In this document: in pieces, positions 29,442 to 39,046 of the stretch
Numbering within the stretch: the stretch's first letter is position 1
How the letters are laid out: each line of letters begins with the position of its first letter
Made by a program: the position numbers and the translations under genes
Notes under the pieces: model-generated
Database searches by the model: none
What the model was told of the DNA's origin: nothing
The model's input: only the letters and a program-made list of their open reading frames with translations
Assembly (NCBI GenBank): GCA_037481815.1
Contig: JBBFKX010000001.1
Span: 448,001 to 512,000 of the forward strand
Direction of reading: 5' to 3'
Source: a candidate division WOR-3 bacterium
Lineage (GTDB): Bacteria; Hydrothermota; 32-111
DNA: 64,000 bases

Positions 29442-32400
29442 TTACTTTATTATACTTATTTTCCTTATCTCTTTACTCCCACCACTCTTAATCACCACAA
29501 AATAAATCCCAGCATTCTCTATTCCATTAAGCAGCACTCTATTAAACCCTACTTTCACCTCTCTCCTCCAATCCTTTATCATGCCCCCTCTTACATCATA
29601 CACCTCTATCTCTATATCCTTAACACCACTCGATAGATAATCAATATACACTTCATCCTTACCCGTAAACACATGCTTCGTCTTCTTTTCCGTTTCATCG
29701 TTATTCATTACAGGTGCAAGTATCTCCTTCTCATTCCCTGCCGCTATCACTCCTCCTTCTCTCTCATATTGATATACTATCACCTCTGCAACCCTGTTCG
29801 GATTCCCCTTCTTCCTGTCTATACTCACAACAACTCTCTTATCACCATATACCTCTTTCGGTAATATTATCTCCGTTGTATCTACTCTATTCGCTCCTCC
29901 CCTCACCACTCCATATACCTCTCCATCTATCTCTATCACCTGTGCCATCACGGGATTATTATCAGATGTCAACACCTTTATCGTATAACTCATCTCCGGA
30001 TTTAGACCATCTATAGTTGTGTTTAGCCTCTCCACTGGAACTTTATATGGTATGTATTCATACAATGGTGTTGTCACTACTCTCTCTATCGTATCCTGTG
30101 GCTCACTTACTATATACGGAACCACCTCACCTTTGTATTGCACCTCTTTCATCTTTATCCTGTATTCCCCATTACTCCCCTCTGTCCATGCAAACAACGC
30201 TTTCTTCGATAAAAGTGTCTCTTTCATATTCACTTCATAACTATATATCGAATCTCCACTCAACACAACAACATTCTGTAAACTTGTTAATCCATATCCG
30301 GGCTGCGATATTATCTTATTGTAATTATTAACATAACTAACAAGATAATTGTTCCTGACTTTCGGATTCCTGTTTAGACCACTATATATGTTCACTCTCT
30401 CAGGAGTCCCTATCACTCCATCAACCATCTTCACCACCCAGATATCCCTCGTATTGTCCACATTCATAACCTCATACCCAAATGTCGTTACCTCTCCATA
30501 ATAATCAGCAACAGGAGCATTGCATCTCTGTCCAAGATTATTTAATATCTCAAAATCAGACCACTTTTTAGTCTCTATATTATATCGACTCACAACATAT
30601 TGAAAAGATGTATCTATAAATCCTATAAGATGGGATATATTCCGTTCAAGTTGGTTATAATACAGTGAATATACTGGCGATTTCATGGGAACTTTATTGT
30701 ACTCCCCCCGATATGAAACCACTGTATCATAGTATATATCATCTGTATTCAACTCTTCCATACTCGCAAGTATATAGTCCCCTCTCTCCATCTGAAGATA
30801 TCTGTTATTAATGTACCCAATATATGTCCTCCCTGCCGTATAATTGTAGCCAAGCACCGGTTCACTCAACCATATCACCGGATTCACCAAGGTATCCGAT
30901 GGTGTCCATGGGCTCGATTTTATCGCATAACTGTATGAACTTATACCATTCCGCCAGATCGCTATCAATCCACTACCAGTCCTCACTAACACAGGATCCA
31001 CTCCCGATCCCAATACCTCTAATTCCCATATCTTCCCAAAATCTTCACTCCTCCCATACACCACATCTTCGCCCGTTGTATACACCATCTCCATCTCATC
31101 AGTGTTCGGCTTCCTCACTATATGCTCCTGATTGTTCTTACCAAATGCATCTTGTGTATTGCTCCATAAGTATACATCTATTGTTGAGGTGTATGGAACA
31201 TATCCGATTCCATCTATTGTTAAATATAAACTCCTGTTACTCTTTAAATATGCAGGTATAATAACCTGTCCCCAATTATCTGTAAGTCCTTTAAAATAAA
31301 AACCACCAGGTTGGCTATCCGTTAATAGAACTTCAAGTCCAGAAATTGCTTTTATTGTATCAACATTATCGAAAACTCTTATGTAAATTTCTGTATCTTT
31401 TAACACCGGTAGATCTTTAGGTTTTACAACATTTTTAATCATTTTGTAGTCAACTTTTATTTCAAAAGTGTCTACTTGCCCTTTTGCAATCAAATTGCTT
31501 ATTATCAGTTTGTGTGGGAAAGTATCTGAAGGAATAACTGATAAAATCGCTGATCCTGAAGCGTTAATTTTAGCAGAATCTATAAGTTTGTAATTATGAT
31601 CAAACAGTTTTACAATAGCATTGTTAATAAATGGCTCCAGTGTATCACTATATTTTTTCAAGTTCAATGTTATAGTATTGGGCTCCTCATATTTCAACTT
31701 ACTAAATGTAAGTTTATTGTAAAAATAATCATTAAGATCGTAATTTATAGCAAAATTCTCGAGGGAAAGAGAAACATTTTGTGCATTATCATTATAATTT
31801 TCACCATAAATAGAAAAACTGCAATTCATCACTTTGCCAGAAATGTAAACAGTGCCTAAAATAGATTGTCCATCATGTAATATATAGGTTGAATCTTTTA
31901 AATGTATTATTCTTATTTCTCGTCCTGAAAAATTTTCACTAGTACAACTACTCCTTCCTATAATACTATCATTGAAAAGCGCTATGAAATTTAACTTGGG
32001 AGTATAAATACCTTTATTTTCAAAAAAGAATACAATTTGTATATCACCTGTTGTAAAATCTATTTTAAAATTACCTTTGGCTCTTGTCGTTCCATTTACT
32101 AATGAGTCCCAATAAGGAATACCCTTTAAATTCAAAGCGAAATAATCGTTATCATTCTGGTGAAAATTATTTTGAATTATTTCGGGCATTAACTGAGTTA
32201 CTTTTATATAACCTGTATCAATAATAGAATCAAAATAAAGTTTTAAATCTAATAATCCACTCTTTTCGGTAACCGTTCCAGGTCCATCTAAAATTTGAAC
32301 ATTCCATTTAGGATCAATTATTCCATCTTCGAAATAATCGCTGACAAATAAGTCAGAGAATGTTTTTAATGGAAATACAAACATAAATAAAACTAACAGC

Positions 32401-32455
32401 AGTAAATGTAAGTATCGGGGGGGGCGATAGTTATACTTTTAAAATTTTTTTTCAA
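29442..32455 (-). CDS. Large secreted protein with T9SS C-terminal domain; 5' end frameshifted at a homopolymer (long frame open from about 32384)
   Basis: C-terminus VYDVRG...NAGIYFVVIK...IRKISIIK. AAGGAGG and TTG at 32455 are one base out of frame with the hydrophobic signal core (RYLHLLLLVLFMFVF). Confidence 0.8.
32417..32424 (+). repeat. G8 homopolymer (C8 on the coding strand), candidate slipped-strand phase-variation tract
   Basis: agtatcGGGGGGGGcgatag, in an otherwise very AT-rich region. Confidence 0.8.
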
Positions 32456-32480
32456 AATACCTCCTTGTTGACTAATACAA

Positions 32481-32509
32481 ATTTTAAATAACACTTTTAA
32501 AAAAGTCAA
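32481..32509 (-). promoter_or_regulatory. Sigma-70-type promoter of the T9SS-cargo island
   Basis: Minus strand TTGACT-N17-TAAAAT, upstream of AAGGAGG. Confidence 0.6.
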
Positions 32510-32675
32510 TAATCCTTTTTAGGTAAGGGAATAGTAGCCATTGATGTTTGAAAAACCAGTTTGATGAAACATTTAATTTGGATAGATTTTAATTTATAAA
32601 ATAGCTTTTTAGGAAAAATAACTAAAAAACACATATTCTTTTATTATTTAATTTTTAAAACAACATTCATATCCA

Positions 32676-32703
32676 TTGAATTTGTATCTTTTAGGATTAT
32701 AAT
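32676..32703 (+). promoter_or_regulatory. Sigma-70-type promoter
   Basis: TTGAAT-N16-TATAAT, followed by GGAGG and ATG 32723. Confidence 0.55.
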
Positions 32704-32722
32704 TTATTAAATTGGAGGTTAT

Positions 32723-33556
32723 ATGAAAAAATTTTTTCCATTTATGATTTTTGTATTCTCTTTCATTTTCTTGTTAGCAAACGAAAATTATTTCACTTTC
32801 AACAATGAACAAAATGTTGTAAAAATTTATCCTCTTTACGAAAAAGGTTTTCTGAATGTTTTCTTCCATAAAATCCAATTCGGAAAAGATTGTACATATT
32901 TCAACTATGTGAAAGATGGAAATCAAAGTAATCTCTACCCATTTGAAAGGTATTCAGTTGAAATCGCAATAAACGAAAAACATATCCTAACATTTCTATA
33001 TCAACCATTGACATTAAAAACAGAAGCATTTCTATTCGATACAATATTGGTTGATTCTGTTATCTTCCCGAAAAATTCAAATATGGAATTTGTTTACAGT
33101 TTCGATTTTTACAGAGTTTCATATATGTATAATGTTTTAACTTTCAAAACAAATAAAATATATGCTGGTTTATCATTCCAATTAAGAAATGCTTTCATAT
33201 CATTTTCTGATGGTAAAAATCTTATTACAAATTCTAATATCGGTCCGGTTCCAATTTTTAAACTAAAAACCGAATCTGAACTTGGCACAAAATTTTTTGT
33301 TGAAAATGAATTAGACGGATTTTATGCATCAGGGAAATATATCACAGGGTCAAAATATGATTTTGTTGGAGCAATTTTTGATATGTCATCAAGAGTTGTA
33401 TACAATGTCAACTCTTTTTCAAAAATATTTTTAAATTTCAGATACCTTGGCGGAGGCGCTGAAGGAACAAACAAAGATGAAAATTCAAGATATGATGGGT
33501 ATGTAAAAAATTGGTTACATACATTTTCTGTGACTTTGGGAATAAAATTGAAATGA
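32723..33556 (+). CDS. Putative outer-membrane beta-barrel protein
   Basis: Signal peptide; alternating aromatic/hydrophobic strands; C-terminal HTFSVTLGIKLK. Confidence 0.6.
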   Translation: MKKFFPFMIFVFSFIFLLANENYFTFNNEQNVVKIYPLYEKGFLNVFFHKIQFGKDCTYFNYVKDGNQSNLYPFERYSVEIAINEKHILTFLYQPLTLKTEAFLFDTILVDSVIFPKNSNMEFVYSFDFYRVSYMYNVLTFKTNKIYAGLSFQLRNAFISFSDGKNLITNSNIGPVPIFKLKTESELGTKFFVENELDGFYASGKYITGSKYDFVGAIFDMSSRVVYNVNSFSKIFLNFRYLGGGAEGTNKDENSRYDGYVKNWLHTFSVTLGIKLK

Positions 33557-33559
33557 ATT

Positions 33560-36500
33560 ATGGAAAATTTTGAAAATCTATTTTTTCCAAAAACATTAAG
33601 GAAAATCTATTCTCCCGATTTAAAAGATTATACTATTGAAGGGACGGTTACATTTACTGATATTTCAGGTTTCACTCAACTTTCTGAAAATCTTATGTCC
33701 GAGGGCTATGAAGGTGCGGAAAAGATCAGGGATATAATACAATTTTATTTCAAAAATTTTACGGATATAATAGATAATTTTAACGGTGATATATTAAACT
33801 ACAGTGGTGATGCGATACTCGCATATTTTTCGAATTTAAATGATGGTATGAGAAGTTTTGAAAAGATGGTTGAATTTACAAAAAGAGAGGGAAATGTTTT
33901 GAGTATCAGAGCAGGGATTGCAGATGGAGAAATAAAGATTCACCTTTTTGAAAACAATGGAGGTATTATCCCACTATTTTACGGTGAAACTGTAAGATCA
34001 GCACTCGAAGAGGAAAAAAAAGCAAAAATTTTTGAGTACAGTTTAAAACAAACAAGGAATACAGATGAAAAAATAAGGAATGATTTTGAAAAAAGTTTAA
34101 AACTTGATCCCGATGTAAAAAAATTATTTATGGAAAAGGGAAAAGATTTTGGATCCTTCTCGTATGTTTCAGTTCTCTTTATCTACACACAGGATATAAA
34201 AACTACAGAAGAAATTTTAAAATTGAACTATGGTAGGATTCACATAAATAAAATCGAACATTATGAAGATGGAATAAGATTGATGTGTGTTTCAGGTATC
34301 CCATTTGCTAAAAGTTCTCCATCTTTGATCATGGGTGACTTCATATTTGATATTTTAAAAAGTAAACATATAGAGAATATAAAAGGTGGGGCAACTTCAG
34401 GTTATATCTTCAACGGGTTTTCAGATGGAACAAAAAGATTGGAGTACAACCTTATTGGAAAAACTATCAACAGAGCAGCACGGATATCAACCGAAGCAGA
34501 TTTCGGGGAAATTTTGATAGATAAGGATATCATGGAGGATAACAGATTTTTAGATGTTGAATTCAAAAAAAATTCGAATCTTAAAGGTATAGGGAAAATA
34601 AACTTATATATTCCTAAAAGTTATAACAAAAACAGGGTTCCTCTTTATAATCCATATTATGATAGGAACTCCTATCTTGAAAAGGTTGAAAATATTTTAA
34701 AAGAAAAAGATCTCTTGATAATTGGAGGAGATGAAGGAACAGGAAAAACACATCTGGTTTCATCCTATATTTTTAAAAATAACCTGAGTGCTGAATATTT
34801 TCAATTCAATTATCTTGAAGGAGAAAAAAATATACTTTTAAAAAATTTCTCTCAAATAAAAATAGATGAGGATATACAAAAAGATCTTGGAATTCAGATT
34901 TTTAAAGAGAGTTTGAAAAATTCTGATTACGATATTTTCATATTTGACAATTGTGAATACCTTGACTCTAATTCTCTTGAACTGATCAAAAATCTAAAAA
35001 CAACAAGTTTTTCAAAAAAAGTTATTTTTCTTTTTAACAAAAAATTTGGAGATATCATTCTTGATTTTCCTGAAAAAGAGGAACTGTTTGAACTTTTGTT
35101 TATAAGAACCGGAATAAAACCATCAAGAAAGGTTGTAGAACATCTGTACGATCTTACCAAAGGAAACATCTTTTTAATCACAACAATATTCAAAGAACTT
35201 GTTGAAAAAGGTAAAATAACTATAAATTTTTTTGGTGAGTGGGACTTTTCTTCAGATACCGATCTTGTATCGAAAGATATAAGTTCAATTTCTCAGATAA
35301 TATTTTCCGATCTTAAACAAAATCAGTTCACTTTTTTGAAGTATCTATCTTTTTTTGAAAAACCTATAAAAATCAAAGATTTTCTTGAAATTTTCAAAAA
35401 ACTGGAAGAAAATAGTATCAACGATCTAATTGAAAGAAACTTTATAGAAAAAAATGGTGATATTATAACTTTCAAAAACAAAATATTAAAAAGCCATCTG
35501 TACCATTCAATACCTTTAAAAGAAAGAAAAAATACACATAACACGATAGGAGAATTCTATTTAAAAATAGGAGAAAATTTTGAAGCAGGTTTACATTTTT
35601 ATAAATCAAGCGATTATCAAAAAACTCTGCAACTTTTAAATTCACTAAAAGAAATACAACCTTTCAAATTGAACTATTCACACATCGTTTATTTTAAAAT
35701 ACTCAACAGTTTAAAAAAGGACCCTGAAATCGTTAAAACCATTTTTTACATTCTCCTTAAAGAAGGAAGAATCGATGAGATGAAGGAGATTTTAAAAGAA
35801 AACAAAGAACTTCTGGACGAAGACACTTACAGATACTTTATGCTTGAAATTTTTTTCAAAGAGGGGAAACTAGAAAAAATAAAAGAAGAAATTTCTTCTT
35901 TTTCTGTTGAAAAAATCATAGATCCAAAACTAAGGATAAAAACCCTTGATATTATCACATATGTGATGGTTTTAACTAATGATGAAAAAGCAAAAGAATA
36001 TATAGAAAAAACTTTAAAAGAATACCAGCATATCGATCTTGAAACAAAAGTTTCTTTACGCCTACCATCAACTTTGATTCAAATTGGAGATTATGAAAAC
36101 TCTGAAAAAATATTCAAAGATATAGCCGGTGAATATTTTAAAAAAGATGATAAATTAAACGGATATTCAACACTTGTTAAAATGTTTTTCCTTTTCCCTT
36201 TGGGTAAATACAATATATTAGATGCAATCGATGTTGGGAAAAAATATCTCAAAGAGATAGAGAATTTGAATCTACCTCTTGAAAAATTCAGAGTTTTGCA
36301 TTCGATAGCAACAAACCTGAGAGAGTTTGGACAGATAGATGATTCTCTTTCATTTGAACTTGAAGCATTAAAACTTGCAGAACTTTTAAACCTCTCATCA
36401 GAAAGGGCAACCATTTATATCATACTTGGGAGAATATTTTTCAACAAAGGCGATATAAAAAAAAGTATCGATTATTACCACAAAGGAATTGAAATCGCAC

Positions 36501-37048
36501 AGATGAGTAAGTCCAATTTACTTCTTGAAACCATAACCGGAAACCTTGGAGTATGTTACCATGTACTTAAAGATTACAAGAACGCTTACGATTTCTATGA
36601 AAAAGCACTCGATCTATCAATAAAAGTTCCATATTCAAACACAAGTTTTATCTGGATACTCAACCTTGCCCTCCTTTCAACTGAAAATAGAGATTTTGAA
36701 ACAGCAAAAATTTATATAGATATGGCAAAAGAAGAGATCAAAAAGAATAAACTTGAAGAAAGATGGATCGATGTTTTTCAGATAGAAGGAAACTGTTATT
36801 TTTTACAGGGTGAATATGAAAAATGTTTAGAGGTTTTAAAACCGGTTATTGAAGAATCTTTAAAGAAAAACCTCCTTGAAATCCATTATGAATCACTCCC
36901 CTATTATGCTGGGGCACTCATTTTAACAGGGAAAATTGAGGAAGGGAAAAAACTTTTAGAAAAAGTCAAAGATTGGTTGAAGGACAAGGATTATAAAAAC
37001 ATTGAAGATAATTTAAATGAGGTTTTAGAAAGAATCGAAAAAAAATAA
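33560..37048 (+). CDS. Class III nucleotidyl cyclase (tandem C1/C2, sAC-like) fused to a STAND/AAA ATPase and TPR repeats
   Basis: FTDISGFTQLSE...GDILNYSGDA; C2 EYNLIGKTINRAAR; Walker A GDEGTGKT; Walker B IFIFDN; C-terminal TPRs (GNLGVCYHVLKDYKNAYDFYEKAL). Confidence 0.88.
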   Translation: MENFENLFFPKTLRKIYSPDLKDYTIEGTVTFTDISGFTQLSENLMSEGYEGAEKIRDIIQFYFKNFTDIIDNFNGDILNYSGDAILAYFSNLNDGMRSFEKMVEFTKREGNVLSIRAGIADGEIKIHLFENNGGIIPLFYGETVRSALEEEKKAKIFEYSLKQTRNTDEKIRNDFEKSLKLDPDVKKLFMEKGKDFGSFSYVSVLFIYTQDIKTTEEILKLNYGRIHINKIEHYEDGIRLMCVSGIPFAKSSPSLIMGDFIFDILKSKHIENIKGGATSGYIFNGFSDGTKRLEYNLIGKTINRAARISTEADFGEILIDKDIMEDNRFLDVEFKKNSNLKGIGKINLYIPKSYNKNRVPLYNPYYDRNSYLEKVENILKEKDLLIIGGDEGTGKTHLVSSYIFKNNLSAEYFQFNYLEGEKNILLKNFSQIKIDEDIQKDLGIQIFKESLKNSDYDIFIFDNCEYLDSNSLELIKNLKTTSFSKKVIFLFNKKFGDIILDFPEKEELFELLFIRTGIKPSRKVVEHLYDLTKGNIFLITTIFKELVEKGKITINFFGEWDFSSDTDLVSKDISSISQIIFSDLKQNQFTFLKYLSFFEKPIKIKDFLEIFKKLEENSINDLIERNFIEKNGDIITFKNKILKSHLYHSIPLKERKNTHNTIGEFYLKIGENFEAGLHFYKSSDYQKTLQLLNSLKEIQPFKLNYSHIVYFKILNSLKKDPEIVKTIFYILLKEGRIDEMKEILKENKELLDEDTYRYFMLEIFFKEGKLEKIKEEISSFSVEKIIDPKLRIKTLDIITYVMVLTNDEKAKEYIEKTLKEYQHIDLETKVSLRLPSTLIQIGDYENSEKIFKDIAGEYFKKDDKLNGYSTLVKMFFLFPLGKYNILDAIDVGKKYLKEIENLNLPLEKFRVLHSIATNLREFGQIDDSLSFELEALKLAELLNLSSERATIYIILGRIFFNKGDIKKSIDYYHKGIEIAQMSKSNLLLETITGNLGVCYHVLKDYKNAYDFYEKALDLSIKVPYSNTSFIWILNLALLSTENRDFETAKIYIDMAKEEIKKNKLEERWIDVFQIEGNCYFLQGEYEKCLEVLKPVIEESLKKNLLEIHYESLPYYAGALILTGKIEEGKKLLEKVKDWLKDKDYKNIEDNLNEVLERIEKK

Positions 37049-37112
37049 GACATCTGTAACTTTTCCAATACACTTTCCATAGTATAAATGTCCTAAAAAT
37101 AATAATTTATTT

Positions 37113-37128
37113 TGGCACAATAGATGCA
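37113..37128 (+). promoter_or_regulatory. Sigma-54 (-24/-12) promoter
   Basis: TGGCACAATAGATGCA with GG-N10-GC spacing, about 30 nt upstream of ATG 37158. Confidence 0.7.
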
Positions 37129-37157
37129 CCTTACTTTACCAAAGAAGTGAGGTGTAT

Positions 37158-37628
37158 ATGAAAAAAATAAAAATTATAATTTTCTGTCTTCTTTTGTTAA
37201 TTTCATCTATCGTATTTTCAAAAGAAAAGAACACCTCATCAGCATCGATCCAAATAATTTTGAAACTACCTAAACAGGATAAAAATCAATCAACCACCTC
37301 AAACCTTCATCTCTCCTCCATCCCATATACCCCTCCCGTAAATATCCCCCAAAATTTTGAGGTGGTTGATATTAAAGTAGAAAAAGGTTTAAACTTGAAA
37401 ATAAAGAATAAAATTGATTCTAAAAATAGAATAAAAGTTTCAGTTAACATAGTTAACAGAAAACAGGGCAATAATATTACCAAACAATACGATATAATAC
37501 TTGGCGAACAGAAAACTTATTCTATAAAACTCAAAAATGAGATTTTTTATGGTCTTGAAGGTAAAACGATGTTTGTTGTGATCTCAGATGAAAATGGAAA
37601 CGCCTGTTCTTATGGATTCAGTCAATGA
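37158..37628 (+). CDS. Secreted hypothetical protein
   Basis: GAGGTG RBS, signal peptide MKKIKIIIFCLLLLISSIVFS, Pro/Ser linker, beta-rich C-terminal domain. Confidence 0.7.
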   Translation: MKKIKIIIFCLLLLISSIVFSKEKNTSSASIQIILKLPKQDKNQSTTSNLHLSSIPYTPPVNIPQNFEVVDIKVEKGLNLKIKNKIDSKNRIKVSVNIVNRKQGNNITKQYDIILGEQKTYSIKLKNEIFYGLEGKTMFVVISDENGNACSYGFSQ

Positions 37629-39046
37629 AAATTTTCAAGAATCTTTATGGTTGATTTTAAAACAATCATAATTAAAATTATAAAAAAATTTTTTCTATAT
37701 GGATAACAAAAAGATAGTAAAAATTTAAGAAAAAGTATAACCAGAATTTTTTTATTTTTGATCTTATTAAATTCGATCTTCCCAATCGTTTTGTCAATAT
37801 TATTTCGATCAAAAAGAGGTTCAATTCTATAACCTAAACCTTTACAATATTCCATTCCATCAAAATAACCCACAAGAAAGTCATTATACCTTATCCTTCT
37901 ATCAAAAAAACCTCCGAAATGTTTTAAAATCTCTCCACCGAGTTCTTCAGAAGGTTTCTCTGGTGATATAATATCAATTTCAATGATCTTTTTACCTGTT
38001 GATAAATCTTTACCAAGATCCTTTACATCAAGACAGGAACCTCTCAAAAATTTTTCAACAACCTTTTTTTCATCTTCATTCAAATTTTCAAAAGATTCTT
38101 TTATTTTTTTTCTTAAATCTGAAAGTTTTTTCTCGATTCTGTTAAATTCAAAAGATAACTTTAGATCAGAATAATATGACTGGTAAAAAGTTGCGTCAAA
38201 AAGTTTCAAAATTGAATCAAAAAAATCTCCCTTATCCGTTGATTGTAAATTTTCAATTATTGACTTCAAATCATCGGGATGAGGAACTATTAAAATTATT
38301 TTTTCACTATCTTTGATGTTATCAAAAATGATTTTCAACGGTAAATTCTGTGTAACTCCACCATCAGTTAACTCTATTTCAATTTTTTTATCCTTATAAA
38401 AATCAGAAAACTCAATAAGATCTTCATCTTTGAACACATATTTCACAGAAGGGAAGAATAGTGGAAACGAAGCAGAGGATTTTAAAATTTTAAAGAGTTT
38501 TTTTTCAGAAACATTTTTCATATCAAATACGAAAGAACAGTTGTGTGTCCTCAAAGTGAAAACTTTTGAAAACACTGTATCTTTAATATCTTTCAAAATT
38601 GGTTGTAGAGTTGTAACATTGAAAACCATTTTGATATCGGAATCGGTTTTTGTTGCACATACTTTATCTTTACAGAATTTTAAAGATCTATATTTTTTGC
38701 ACTCTTCACAACCATAATTAAATTCACATCTATTTTTTTCACCTATTGATTCTTCAAAAATATGAACCAGATTGTCAAAATCAAGAACATATCTGTCATC
38801 TTTTGACACAAGATTTTTGATATCAGCATTTTTTATTATAGAATCAGCCATAAAATATGGATTTTTTCCATAAAAAACTGAAACAACAAACAGAAATGTT
38901 GAAATTGCTCCTGCTGAAGAACCACCAATTACTTCAAATTTTACATCATCATTTTCGAGAAACAACTGATAAAAAGAAGTTAAAACTCCAACCTCATATG
39001 TACAGAGTGAAACGCCTCCTGAAACTATAAAAGAAATTTTACTCAT
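37622..39046 (-). CDS. Patatin-like phospholipase
   Basis: SGGVSLCTYEVG glycine loop, GSSAG nucleophile, SASFPLFFP, DGG catalytic Asp. Confidence 0.88.
   Translation of the reverse strand: MSKISFIVSGGVSLCTYEVGVLTSFYQLFLENDDVKFEVIGGSSAGAISTFLFVVSVFYGKNPYFMADSIIKNADIKNLVSKDDRYVLDFDNLVHIFEESIGEKNRCEFNYGCEECKKYRSLKFCKDKVCATKTDSDIKMVFNVTTLQPILKDIKDTVFSKVFTLRTHNCSFVFDMKNVSEKKLFKILKSSASFPLFFPSVKYVFKDEDLIEFSDFYKDKKIEIELTDGGVTQNLPLKIIFDNIKDSEKIILIVPHPDDLKSIIENLQSTDKGDFFDSILKLFDATFYQSYYSDLKLSFEFNRIEKKLSDLRKKIKESFENLNEDEKKVVEKFLRGSCLDVKDLGKDLSTGKKIIEIDIISPEKPSEELGGEILKHFGGFFDRRIRYNDFLVGYFDGMEYCKGLGYRIEPLFDRNNIDKTIGKIEFNKIKNKKILVILFLKFLLSFCYPYRKNFFIILIMIVLKSTIKILENFH

Noticed and set aside
33554..33562. 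In-frame TGA-ATT-ATG between the barrel gene and the cyclase (possible readthrough or selenocysteine)
   Set aside because: No SECIS-like hairpin is evident, and fusing an exported barrel to a cytoplasmic cyclase is implausible; tight operon spacing explains it.
37290..37350. C-rich patch resembling the composition of the T9SS island
   Set aside because: It encodes a Pro/Ser/Thr linker, which accounts for the C content.
33560..39046. Calling cyclase plus patatin a CBASS or Pycsar system
   Set aside because: There is no CD-NTase, the genes are convergent with another gene between them, and the cyclase has sAC-STAND-TPR rather than PycC architecture; kept only as a weak hypothesis.
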